Shown: positions 30,606 through 41,274 of the stretch, piece by piece
How positions within the stretch are numbered: the stretch's first letter is position 1
Layout: every line of letters begins with the position of its first letter
Assembly (NCBI GenBank): GCA_963716725.1
Contig: CAVQUB010000002.1
Coordinates: 160,001 to 224,000, forward strand
DNA length: 64,000 bases
Source: an uncultured delta proteobacterium
Lineage (GTDB): Bacteria; Myxococcota_A; Polyangia; Polyangiales; Polyangiaceae
Direction: 5' to 3'
Position numbers and translations under genes: made by a program
The notes under the pieces: generated by a model
Seen by the model: only the letters and a program-made list of their open reading frames with translations
The model's database searches: none
What the model was told of the DNA's origin: nothing

Positions 30606-31519
30606 ACCCCAATCGGTGGGCAGCGCGCCTAGCGGCCGTCACCATCGCGCTGGTGGTCTTGGTCGGGGTCTTCGCCGATCTTCTGGCGTCCGATGCGCCG
30701 GTGGTCGCGCGATATCGAGGCGCATGGTTGCTGCTCCCGGCCGTGACCGAGCCGTCGCTTTGGGCTGCGGTCGATCGAGCGGAGCTCGACCAGAGCGGGT
30801 ACGCAATCTGGCCACCCGTGAGGGCGCGGCCCGCCGCGGCGTCACGACAAGACGCGCCCACGCCATCCCGGACCGTCGTGCTCGCCATGACGATCCACGG
30901 CGCGCGCAGCATCCTGATCACGACGCTCGGCGTGCTCGCCATCGCGCTGGCGCTCGGGGTCCCGCTCGGTGCCCTGGCCGGGCGCTCGAATTTGGCCGAC
31001 GGGCTGCTCGCCCGAGCGGTGGAGGTCAGCGGCGCCCTGCCCTCGGTGGTGGTGGTGGTGGCGCTCCAGGCCGGACGCCTGGCCCCCGACTGGCTCGCGC
31101 TCGTGGTCGTGCTCGGCGCGCTGCGAGCTGTCGAAATCGCTCGCCTGGTCCGCGGCGAGGTGTTGCGCGTCAGCGGGACCGACTTCGTGCTCGCCGCCCG
31201 GGCGCTCGGCGCTTCCCCGGTGGGCCTGACCCGGCGACACGTCCTGCCCCACGTTTGGGGACCGGTGACCGTCACCGCCTCCCTCACCGCGGCCAGCGTC
31301 GTCGCGCTCGAGGCGGCACTTTCCTTCGTCGGCCTCGGCCTGCCCGCCGGCGTGCCGAGTTGGGGTCGAACGCTGGGTGAACTCGCGCAGGGTGGCGGAG
31401 CCTGGGCGGCCTTGGGTCCCGTCGGCGCCATCGTCACCACCACCGCGTGCCTGGTGATCGTGGCCGATGCCCTCGACGACCGCCTCTCGGCGCGCCGCGG
31501 CGGTCCGGCACGCGTCTAG
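30602..31519 (+). CDS. DppC/OppC-like ABC permease
   Basis: GTG 30602; ARLVRGEVL, DFVLAARALGAS, EAALSFVGLG, PSWG. Confidence 0.8.
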   Translation: MNPNRWAARLAAVTIALVVLVGVFADLLASDAPVVARYRGAWLLLPAVTEPSLWAAVDRAELDQSGYAIWPPVRARPAAASRQDAPTPSRTVVLAMTIHGARSILITTLGVLAIALALGVPLGALAGRSNLADGLLARAVEVSGALPSVVVVVALQAGRLAPDWLALVVVLGALRAVEIARLVRGEVLRVSGTDFVLAARALGASPVGLTRRHVLPHVWGPVTVTASLTAASVVALEAALSFVGLGLPAGVPSWGRTLGELAQGGGAWAALGPVGAIVTTTACLVIVADALDDRLSARRGGPARV

Positions 31520-31564
31520 GGTGCCGAGCACGAAGAGAAGCCCGAGGACGACGGGCGCCCAGGC

Positions 31565-32758
31565 TCAGGGATCGCGGGGCGGCGGCGGGCTCTCCGGTGC
31601 CTTTTCGCACGCGCGGAGCTCGTCCTCGAAGACCGCAAGGTGAGCATCTTCTCCGAGGACTAGCCAGCGCGTTCTCGGCAGTTGGATCTGCCTGAGGCGG
31701 TCTGCGCTCCGCGAGTGGCGAGGCGGCGGAGCGCCGGTGTCCTTGGCGGGATCGGGCTCCGAAGCGACGGGATCGAAACGAGTGCCGGCGCGCAAGACAC
31801 CGACCCGCGCGCGCCGCTCACCCACCTCAGCCACCAGCGAAAGGTCACGCAAACAGGTGCGCCCGCCCCTCATCGCTGGTCGTCGAGTGCGGTGACTTCC
31901 GCCGAGTCGGCCGCGGGAGCTCGAGGGGGCCGCCGGTCGAAGGTCTTGGGCACGCACCCAGCCGAAGACCAGGAGCTTGGGCGCGTCGATCAGGAGCCGA
32001 ACGCTGCCCTGTCGAGCCTCGAGCACTTCCACTCGCTGACCCCCGAGGAGCGCAGCGGCTGCGGAGCCACCGCTCGTCGTGGACAGCACCGCGCCCGAGC
32101 TCTGCACGAGCTTTTCTGGAAGCCGCTTCTGCTTCGTCAGCAGCTCCCGCGCTGGGAAGTAGGCTGGGCTCAAGTCGAAATCGGCGCACGGCACGGCGTC
32201 CTCGACGATCTCGGGAGAAGCCAGCCAACCCTTCGCATCAACCGCCACTCGAAGCTCTCCGGCTGCGCCATTCGACCAGCGCACGGGCGCGTGACCCTTG
32301 GGCACCAAGAACCCGCTCAGGACCCGCGGGCGCGCGAGGAAGATGGAGACCTCGGCCGCTGGCAAGAGCCCGCGCACGAGCACCTCGCCGTCGTCGAAGG
32401 TTCCGACGGCCGCCCGAGCAGGTCCGGGGGGCAGACTGATCGCCGTCGGCACGCTCAACACGCTGGCAAACGGCGTCATGCCGTCGTCGAGGCGGAGGGA
32501 GCCCCGGCTGCTCCAGGAGCTCGCGCTGAAGCGGCAGGCCGGTGCTTTGGGTTCGACGATCTCGGGCAGCGTGGCGGGAGGAGGAGCCTCGGGAAGCGCC
32601 GGCGAGTCCGCCCCGGAGGCGACGGGGATTTCGACCCGAGTAGGAGCCTCCGTCGCGCTCCGCTGCTCGTGCCGCGGGGCACACGCTACGGCCGCCAAGA
32701 AGAGCGCGCCGCCGACCTGCCCAATCGACCCAAGTCCCACGTCACCACCAGAGTACAT
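31565..32758 (-). CDS. Hypothetical lipoprotein
   Basis: Lipobox-like LAAVAC, Pro-rich linker, beta-rich body; fills the intergenic gap; start uncertain. Confidence 0.55.
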   Translation of the reverse strand: MYSGGDVGLGSIGQVGGALFLAAVACAPRHEQRSATEAPTRVEIPVASGADSPALPEAPPPATLPEIVEPKAPACRFSASSWSSRGSLRLDDGMTPFASVLSVPTAISLPPGPARAAVGTFDDGEVLVRGLLPAAEVSIFLARPRVLSGFLVPKGHAPVRWSNGAAGELRVAVDAKGWLASPEIVEDAVPCADFDLSPAYFPARELLTKQKRLPEKLVQSSGAVLSTTSGGSAAAALLGGQRVEVLEARQGSVRLLIDAPKLLVFGWVRAQDLRPAAPSSSRGRLGGSHRTRRPAMRGGRTCLRDLSLVAEVGERRARVGVLRAGTRFDPVASEPDPAKDTGAPPPRHSRSADRLRQIQLPRTRWLVLGEDAHLAVFEDELRACEKAPESPPPPRDP

Positions 32759-32873
32759 CGATGCGCGTCAGACCGCCGAAATGCCAATTCCCACCGGCTC
32801 CGAGGACGTCCCTGTCCGTCGCCAGCACTCGAGGCTTGCGCATCTTGCCCCCCGGATGAATATTGCCCGCCCC

Positions 32874-33515
32874 ATGGCCCTCAAAGCGGTGACCGAGCGA
32901 GATTTCGAGCAAGAGGTCCTGGCGTCCGAGCTCCCGGTGTTGCTCGAGTTCGGCGCCGAGTGGTGTGGGCCCTGCAAGGTCGTCGCGCCAGAGCTCGAGG
33001 CGCTCTCGCGCGAGCTGGAGGGCAAGGCCAAGATCGTCACGGTGGACATCGACCGCGCCCCTAACTTGGCGCGCGAAATGGGCGTGCAGTCGGTCCCAAC
33101 CTTCGTGGTCTTTCATCAGGGTCGTCCGGTGAACGGACAGGTGGGCGCGCTCAAGAAGGCGCAGCTGCTCGAGATGCTCGACCCTTTCTTGCCGCGGGCC
33201 GCCGGCGCGCTCAAGCCAGAAGAAGTGGGCGCGCTCTTGGCGAAGCGCCAGGTGAGCGCCGTGGATACCCGCGAAGCAGCTGCCTTTCGCCGGGCACACC
33301 TGCCCGGCGCGATCAACATGCCGCTCGAGGAGATCAACACCCGGCTTGCGGAGCTGCACATGCTGCCCGGCGCGCCGGTGCTCTACTGTCGCAGCGGGGA
33401 CAAGACCAAAGAGCTGGCCCAAGAGCTGGCCGGGCAGGGCGTGCCCGTCAGCTTCCTGGATGGCGGACTCCTGGCCTGGGAGGCGTCCTCGCTGCCCATC
33501 GAGCGTCCGGACTGA
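32874..33515 (+). CDS. Thioredoxin-rhodanese fusion protein
   Basis: WCGPC and cis-Pro loop SVPT, followed by rhodanese motifs VDTRE...HLPGAIN...LYCRSG...LDGGLLAW. Confidence 0.9.
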   Translation: MALKAVTERDFEQEVLASELPVLLEFGAEWCGPCKVVAPELEALSRELEGKAKIVTVDIDRAPNLAREMGVQSVPTFVVFHQGRPVNGQVGALKKAQLLEMLDPFLPRAAGALKPEEVGALLAKRQVSAVDTREAAAFRRAHLPGAINMPLEEINTRLAELHMLPGAPVLYCRSGDKTKELAQELAGQGVPVSFLDGGLLAWEASSLPIERPD

Positions 33516-33749
33516 AGACTCAGAGCCTGTGAAAGAATCCCCGCCGCCCACGAAGGAAGGAGCACCGGCAGCGCTTCGGGGTCGCCGGCATGGGGCCGAG
33601 GCGCGCGAGAGACGCTGGGTCGGGTCTGTGCGGAGCCGCGAGCAGCAGTGTCGCGGACTGGGCGCGAGCGCTTCCGACCTGGACGCCTTCCCGCCCGGAG
33701 CTCTACCGCGCTCGAAGGCGAAACGGTCCTGCCAAGCGTCAGTTCCGGA

Positions 33750-33938
33750 CCCACTGCGCTGCCGCTGACAAGGACCTGAGGGGGCGTCCCGTGCACGACC
33801 CTTGGAAGTCCCTGGCGAGGGACGACCCTTGGAAGTCCCTGGCGAGGGACGACCCTTGGAAGTCCCTGGCGAGGGACGACCCTTGGAAGTCCCTGGCGAG
33901 GGACGCCCCTTGGAGGGGGGCGTGCAAGCACCGTCCCA
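33750..33938 (+). repeat. Left arm of ~80-bp inverted repeat flanking the HNH gene, interrupted by a 108-bp tandem array
   Basis: 33750-33796 matches the reverse complement of 35486-35531 at 39/47; 33906-33938 matches the reverse complement of 35451-35483 at 26/33. Confidence 0.85.
33797..33904 (+). repeat. Four exact tandem copies of 27-bp unit GACCCTTGGAAGTCCCTGGCGAGGGAC
   Basis: Read directly; each unit holds the hairpin GTCCCT-GGCG-AGGGAC; no unique spacers. Confidence 0.95.
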
Positions 33939-34169
33939 CGCTCGGCGTCACGAGGGAAAGAGCACCGCATCCCCATTTCTTTCTTGACGCGTTTCCAGGC
34001 GACTCGGGCTCGCACTTCGCCGGGCATGTCACCGAAGGCCTCTCTGTTGCGCGACGAAGCTCGCCCATCGTGTTTCGCTCGAGCGACGACGCGCGACGCG
34101 TTTGGACGCGTGAAACGCGCTCACCGTGTCGGCCGCGAGGCCAAAAAACAGCGTGTTATGCCAGAAAGC

Positions 34170-35453
34170 ATGCACGCTCTCTCTTCGGTCTCCGATCGCG
34201 AGCTTCGCGAGCGCCTCTCCTCCGCCGTGAGCGCCGAGCAGCTGGCTTCTGCCGACGTCATCTTCCACCTGGCGGAGCTCGACCGCCGAAAGCTCTACCT
34301 CGAGGACGCCTGCTCCTCACTCTTCGCGTACTGCGTGGAGCGGCTCGGCTACTCCGAGGACGGCGCGAGCAAGCGAGTCCGTGTCGCCCGCTTGGTTCTG
34401 CGTTTTCCCCAGGCCCTCGACGAGCTCGCGAGCGGCGCCATCCACCTGACCGGACTGTTCCTGCTCTCCGGGCACCTCACGGAAGACAACGCCGATCGAC
34501 TCATCGCCGAGGCTCGCGGCAAGTCGAAGCGGCAGCTCGAGGAGCTGCTCGCTCGGTGGGCGCCCCGGTCCGACGTACCGGCGACCATCACCCCGAGCGG
34601 GCCCGAGCCAGCTCGAGCGGAGTTATCAACAATGTCCGGGACAGGTGGCTCCGAGCTGTCGGCGCCGCCGCCATCGGCGCACCGTCCTCGTGTCGAGCCG
34701 CTCTCGGCCACGAGCTTCCGCGTGGAATTCACCGCCAGTGCCACGCTCCGCGACAAGCTCGAACACGCCCGGAACCTCCTCAGCCACGCCGTGCCGAGCG
34801 GGGATCTCGCGACCCTGATCGAGCGAGCCATCGATCAGCTCATCGCCGTGGAGACGAAGCGCCGCGCGGGCGCGGGCCAGCCACGCAAGCGCCGTGAAAC
34901 TCGCGCCGGCTCGCGCCACGTGCCGGTGGAGGTCCAGCGCGCGGTGCGGGAGCGGGATGGCAACCAGTGCACCTTCGTCGATGCCGAGGGACGCCGCTGC
35001 TCCGAAAATAGACCGTCCGGCCGGGCCGGAGGAGCGCCGTCCGCTGATGCGAACAGTCGCAAGGAGCCATCTCGAGTCAGGACGCTGAACACGAGTGGTT
35101 TCCTGACCATCGAGCACGTCGACCCGTACGCGATGGGAGGACCAACGACAGTGGATAACTGCTGCCTGCTTTGTTCGGCTCACAACGCCCACCGGGCGCG
35201 ACAGGTCTACGGCGAGCAGCACGTCCGGAAGAAGGTCTCGGAGGCTCGCGCGGGCCGGGAAGCGAGCGGTGTGTCTGCGGGGACTGCGGCCGAGCTGAAG
35301 AGCGAAGTGTTCGAGAAGGTGCTGGCGGCTCTGCTTCACTCGGGGTTCAAGCGGCACGAGGCGCGGCGAGCCCTCGAACAGGTGCGCTCGCTCGGAGTCG
35401 AGCCGCAGCTCGAGCCAGTGCTGCGCGGAGCGCTGGCGGTACTCACTCCCTGA
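34170..35453 (+). CDS. HNH endonuclease with DUF222-like helical N-terminus and RuvA-C-like tail
   Basis: HLAELDRRKLY...SSLFAYCVERLGYSE N-terminus; RDGNQCTF...RRC...EHVDPYAMGGPTTVDNCCLLCSAHN; tail VLAALLHSGFKRHEARRAL; start could be 34158. Confidence 0.85.
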   Translation: MHALSSVSDRELRERLSSAVSAEQLASADVIFHLAELDRRKLYLEDACSSLFAYCVERLGYSEDGASKRVRVARLVLRFPQALDELASGAIHLTGLFLLSGHLTEDNADRLIAEARGKSKRQLEELLARWAPRSDVPATITPSGPEPARAELSTMSGTGGSELSAPPPSAHRPRVEPLSATSFRVEFTASATLRDKLEHARNLLSHAVPSGDLATLIERAIDQLIAVETKRRAGAGQPRKRRETRAGSRHVPVEVQRAVRERDGNQCTFVDAEGRRCSENRPSGRAGGAPSADANSRKEPSRVRTLNTSGFLTIEHVDPYAMGGPTTVDNCCLLCSAHNAHRARQVYGEQHVRKKVSEARAGREASGVSAGTAAELKSEVFEKVLAALLHSGFKRHEARRALEQVRSLGVEPQLEPVLRGALAVLTP

Positions 35454-35531
35454 GACGGTTCGTGCACACCCCCGACAAAGGGGGGGTGCACGGGATGCCG
35501 CCTTTGGTCCCGGCAGCGGCAGCGCCGTGGG
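35451..35531 (-). repeat. Right arm of the inverted repeat flanking the HNH gene, with hairpin CGTGCACACCCCC...GGGGGGGTGCACG
   Basis: Begins at the HNH stop codon; reverse complement aligns with 33750-33938 once the tandem array is removed. Confidence 0.85.
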
Positions 35532-35561
35532 CACGAATGCCGACGGATAGAAGTGTTCGTG

Positions 35562-36828
35562 ATGAGCTCTTCACACTCAGATCCGAAACGCGGCGCCCGA
35601 CTTCGACAGGCCCATCGTGAGCAACTCGGCTGGGGGCGCATCGATCTGGACGCGCAGGTACCTCACGACCACCCCGTGCGTGCCATCGCCGCGGTGATCG
35701 ACCGCCTGGACCTCTCGAAGCTCTACGCTCGCATCGATGCACGCGACTCGAACCCCGGAGCGCCGGCCATCGACCCCAAGCTCTTGCTCAGCCTGTGGGT
35801 GTACGCCACCAGCGACGGCGAGAACAGCGCTCGGGAGATCCAGCGCCTGACCGAGCTGCACGCCGCCTATCGGTGGCTGTGCGGCGGGGTGAGGCTCAAC
35901 CACCACACGCTCAGCGACTTTCGCAGCCACAACGCCGAGGTGTTCGACGACCTGATCACGCAGGTGCTGGCCTTGCTCATGAGCCACGACCTGGTGGACC
36001 TCATGCGTGTCGCGCAGGACGGCACGCGCGTACGGGCCAGCGCCGGAGCGTGTTCTTTTCGCAAGGGCACCACGCTGGAGGCTCTGCGCCAGGAAGCTCG
36101 TGCACATCTGGCCGCGGTCACGGCAGACACCGAGAGCGGCTCGCGGCGAGCCGCGGCGCAGAAGCGTGCGGCCCAGGATCGCCTGGACCGGCTCGACGCG
36201 GCGCTCGCGCAGTTGCCCGGGGTCACGAAGACCAAGAGCAAGAGCGGCGCCAAGGACCCGACCCCTCGAGTGTCGACGACCAATCCGCAGGCACGGGTGA
36301 TGAAGATGGGCGACGGAGGATTCCGGCCCGCCTACAACGTGCAGCTCGCCACGACCGCCGACGACGCGCGGGTCATCGTCGGTGTCGCCGTCACCCACCG
36401 CGGCAGCGACATGGGCGAATCGACTCCGATGCTCGAGCAGATCGAGAAGCGGACGGGCGTCCGGCCACTAGAGCTCCTCGTCGATGGGGGATACGCGAAG
36501 CATGAAGCCATCGACGAAGCGGCCGCGCGCAACGTCACCGTCTACGCTCCGCTGCCCAAGCCCCGCGACGACGACGGCTCTGACCCTCACCGACCGAGGG
36601 ATACCGACAGCGCAGCCGTTGCCGCCTGGAGACAGCGCATGGCCACCGACGAGGCCAAGCAGAATCTACCGGCAACGGGCCGCGACCGCCGAGTCCGTCC
36701 ACGCGGACGCCAAAACGCACCGCGGGCTCGACTCGCTGACCCTGCGGGGACTCGACAAGGCACTGGCCAGCGTGACGCTCTTCGCGCTCACCTACGACAT
36801 CCTGCGCGCCATCACACTCGGCGTCTGA
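35562..36828 (+). pseudogene. IS1182-family transposase, frameshifted near the C-terminus
   Basis: DHPVRAI...GAPAIDPKLLL...YRWLCGG...HHTLSDFR; QDGTRVRASA; YNVQ; LVDGGY. An extra A at 36663-36664 moves IYRQRAATAE...LRGLDK into another frame ending at 36828. Confidence 0.88.
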
Positions 36829-36962
36829 CCCCGCCACCGCTCTGCTTCCGCGCTCGGACCACCCGAATCGCGTCGCGCCCCACGCGCTCCCGCCCTGCGC
36901 CTGGGACTCGCCCTCGCTCGATTTCCCGGCGGCGCACGCTCAACCGATTTCTTCTCACCCTC

Positions 36963-38263
<1,301 letters not shown>

Positions 38264-38267
<4 letters not shown>

Positions 38268-39031
38268 GGCTCGCCCCGCTCCGCCGCGCTCACGATCCTC
38301 ACGACCGCCATCGCAGCGCCGAAGCCGTTGTCGATGTTCACCACGGTCACGCCGGTGGCGCAGCCGGTCAGCATCCCGAACAAAGCCGTCAGTCCCCCCA
38401 GCGCAGCGCCGTAGCCCACCGAAGTGGGCACCGCGATGATGGGCCCGCCGATCAGACCTCCAACGACGCTCGGCAGTGCCCCCTCCATGCCCGCGACGGC
38501 AATCACCGCGGGCGCCTCTCGAAGCGCTGGCAGCTCGCCCAAGAGGCGGTGGATCCCCGCGACGCCCACGTCGAACACGCGCTCGAAGGGCACACCTGCC
38601 ATGCGCAGCGTCTCAGCTGCCTCCTCCGCGACTGGAAGATCGCTGGTGCCGGCGGTCACGATGGGCACCACGCGGCTGGTACGGAGTTTCACTGGGTTGG
38701 TGTCGTGGGTCAGCACGCGGGCCATCGAAGCGTGGCAGAGCTCCGGCACGGCCGCCCGGATCTCGGGCACCTTCTCGGGATCGACGCGGGTCACGAGCAC
38801 GTTCTGCCCTGCGTCGATCAGGCGCCTAGCGATGCCGGCGATCTGTGCGGCCGTCTTGGACTGCCCGAGGACGACTTCGGGCATGCCCATGCGCAGCGCG
38901 CGGTGGTGGTCGACCCGGGCGTAGCCGAGATCGGAAAACGGAAGGTGCTCGAGCTCGCGGAGCGCGGCCGCGACGTCGGTGTCTCCACCGCGCACGCGTT
39001 CGAGGAGCTCCTTCAGACGATCCGGGTTCAT
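38264..39031 (-). CDS. larB: Nickel pincer cofactor biosynthesis protein LarB
   Basis: VDHHRALRMGMPEV, AGTSDLPVAEEA, DVGVAGIHRL, AGMEGALPSV, VVNIDNGFGAA. Confidence 0.95.
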
Positions 39032-39120
39032 TGATGCCGGTTAATAGTGCACGACCGATTCCGCGTCGACCTCGGCCGGCGGGTGACGGAGGACACGGGG
39101 CGTGCCATTCTGCGCGGGTC

Positions 39121-39675
39121 GTGCCCGCCCTCGCCGCGCCCTTCGTCGGATTTCTGCTCGGTGCCTTCTTCGCCTGGGTCGCGGCAGACGAGCTGTCGCG
39201 CGACGCATCCATCTCCGCTCGGACCCTGACCGTGGTGTCTTTGTTCGGGCTCTTGGTCTACGCGCCAGTCGCCGGCTACTTCCTCGCCTTTGCACCGGAC
39301 TGGTCCTACGCCTACTGGATCGACAGCCAACGCCTGCCAGGGAGCGTGGACACCGCGTGGGTGCTGCTGGACGCGGCGAGCGTGCCGCTGGGATTTGCTC
39401 GAACCGCGCGCCACGTCCGCGCGAAACGCACCGGGCCGCTTCTGCGGCTGCTCGCCGTGCCGGCCCTCGTCGCCTCGGCGCTCGTCCTTTCGACCCTGCC
39501 CCGGCTCGGTGTCCAGGCCAGCTACGTCCAGTTCCACGGGGACTTCGGCACCCGGCCGGTGGCGGGCAGCCCGCTCGGATACGCGCTCTTGGGCATGACT
39601 CTGATCCTGCTCGCGGGCGCGGCCATCACGGTGATCTGGCTCCGGCGTTCGGGCCAAGCCCTGCGCCGTGATTGA
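39121..39675 (+). CDS. Hypothetical integral membrane protein
   Basis: About five hydrophobic segments; PDWSYAYW motif; start uncertain. Confidence 0.7.
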   Translation: MPALAAPFVGFLLGAFFAWVAADELSRDASISARTLTVVSLFGLLVYAPVAGYFLAFAPDWSYAYWIDSQRLPGSVDTAWVLLDAASVPLGFARTARHVRAKRTGPLLRLLAVPALVASALVLSTLPRLGVQASYVQFHGDFGTRPVAGSPLGYALLGMTLILLAGAAITVIWLRRSGQALRRD

Positions 39676-39713
39676 TTTGCAGCGTGGACCTTGCGACGCT
39701 CCCGCCCGCAGCA

Positions 39714-41075
39714 ATGAACAACGACCGCGACGATCTCCTCGGCTTGGCCTCCAACCTGGTTGAACGCGCCCGCTCCCTCGGCGCCGACTCCGCAGAAGCA
39801 ACCGCCCGCGCCGGCTGGGAGCTCAGCGTCAAGGTGCGCTTGGGCGAGCCGGAGTTGGTCGAAGAGGCAGGACACCGTGGCGTGTCGTTGCGGGTCATCA
39901 GGGGCCAACGCGTGGCGGTCACGTCAACCAGCGATCTCTCGGAAGCTGGGATCGCCCGGTGCGTGAGCGACGCGCTGATGCTGGCTGAGCTCTCGGAGGC
40001 AGACGCCTGCGCCGGACCAGCGGCTCCGGAAGATCTGGCCACGGAGCCGTACCCGGATCTGCAGCTGTACGATCCGTCCGTCGAGACCATCACCGCCGAG
40101 GTGGCGCTGGAGCGCGCGCGGCGCGCAGAGCGAGCGGCAATGGAGTTCGATCCGCGCATCACGCTCAGTGAAGGCGCGACCTTCTCGCGCACCACGGGGG
40201 CTAGCGCGCGGGTGATCTCCAACGGGTTCTCGGGGTTCCAGCGCGGCTCCTACGCGTCCGTGGTCGTGACTCCCGTAGCCGAAGACGAAGGCGGCAAGCG
40301 CCGTCGTGGTTTCCATTGGAGCGCGCGGCGCCACCTCGCCGAGCTCGACCCCGATGAAGAGGTCGGACGAGAAGCAGCGCGGCGAACCCTGGCAAAGCTC
40401 GGCGCTCGCAAGGTCCCGACGGCGGAGGCCGCCGTGATCTTCGATCCCGAGATCGCACGATCCATCGTCGGAACCTTCGCCGGCTGCATTCTGGGCGGCT
40501 CCATCTGGAGGAAGTCGAGTTATCTGGTCGGTCGCGAGGGCACGCCCGTCGCGAGTCCCTTGGTCACGATGGTGGACGACCCGCTGATCGTGCGAGGTCC
40601 CGGCTCTCGCCCCTACGACGGCGAAGGCCTGGCCTCGCGACGCAACGTGGTCGTCCAGGACGGCGTCCTGAAGACCTACCTGCTCGACTCGTACAGCGCG
40701 CGAAAGCTCGGCTCGCGAAGCACCGGCAGCGCGGCCGTCTCCGGCGGATCCATCGGACCGAGCACCTCGAACTTCATCCTCTCTCCGGGCACCTCGACTC
40801 GGGAAGAAATCATCGCCAGCACCGAACGCGGTCTCTACGTGACCGAGATGATGGGCTTCGGCTTCAACGCCATCACCGGCGACTACTCGCGGGGAGCGGT
40901 CGGATTCTGGATCGAAGATGGAAAGCTAGCGTTCCCGGTGAGCGAAGTGACGGTGTCATCGAACCTGAACACCATGCTCGAGAACATCGACGTGATCGGC
41001 AACGACCTCGACCTCAAGACGAGCACCGCCGCACCCACCTTCCGCGTCTCGAAGATGACCATCGCCGGCACCTGA
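39714..41075 (+). CDS. TldD/PmbA family protein (PmbA/TldE type)
   Basis: DDPL...GSRPYDGEG, NAITGDYSRGAVGFWIEDG, PVSEVTV; no HExxH seen. Confidence 0.9.
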   Translation: MNNDRDDLLGLASNLVERARSLGADSAEATARAGWELSVKVRLGEPELVEEAGHRGVSLRVIRGQRVAVTSTSDLSEAGIARCVSDALMLAELSEADACAGPAAPEDLATEPYPDLQLYDPSVETITAEVALERARRAERAAMEFDPRITLSEGATFSRTTGASARVISNGFSGFQRGSYASVVVTPVAEDEGGKRRRGFHWSARRHLAELDPDEEVGREAARRTLAKLGARKVPTAEAAVIFDPEIARSIVGTFAGCILGGSIWRKSSYLVGREGTPVASPLVTMVDDPLIVRGPGSRPYDGEGLASRRNVVVQDGVLKTYLLDSYSARKLGSRSTGSAAVSGGSIGPSTSNFILSPGTSTREEIIASTERGLYVTEMMGFGFNAITGDYSRGAVGFWIEDGKLAFPVSEVTVSSNLNTMLENIDVIGNDLDLKTSTAAPTFRVSKMTIAGT

Positions 41076-41274
41076 GCCGCGCGCCAGGGACGCGCCTCGG
41101 AGCAAGAATCCCCAGCGCCCACCCGTCGCGGCCTGCGGCGGGCGCTTCCGGTGCGGGTTTCGCCGGGAAAATCGCCGACCGCGGCCCAACGGCCCTGGCC
41201 AACGCCGGCCCAACTGGTAAAGATACAGGCCGCCCCGCGCGCAAGGCTCAGCGGGTGGGCGCATCAAGGTGATC

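Larger units (their letters stand above)
33523..36962 (+). mobile_element. Candidate IS1182-family element carrying an HNH cassette
   Basis: Imperfect TIRs GAGCCTGTGAAAGAATC (33523-33539) and reverse complement of 36946-36962 GAGGGTGAGAAGAAATC (12/17); TCA on both flanks (33520-33522, 36963-36965); transposase inside. Confidence 0.6.

Noticed and set aside
33797..33904. Possible CRISPR array
   Set aside because: Units are head-to-tail identical with no unique spacers, and there are no cas genes in the window.
33590..34897. ORF encoding DDPWKSLAR repeats
   Set aside because: Translation of the DNA tandem array; overlaps the HNH gene out of frame and has no protein-like features.
39092..39108. 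Sigma54-like TGGCACG upstream of larB (minus strand)
   Set aside because: No GC at the -12 position (reads GT).
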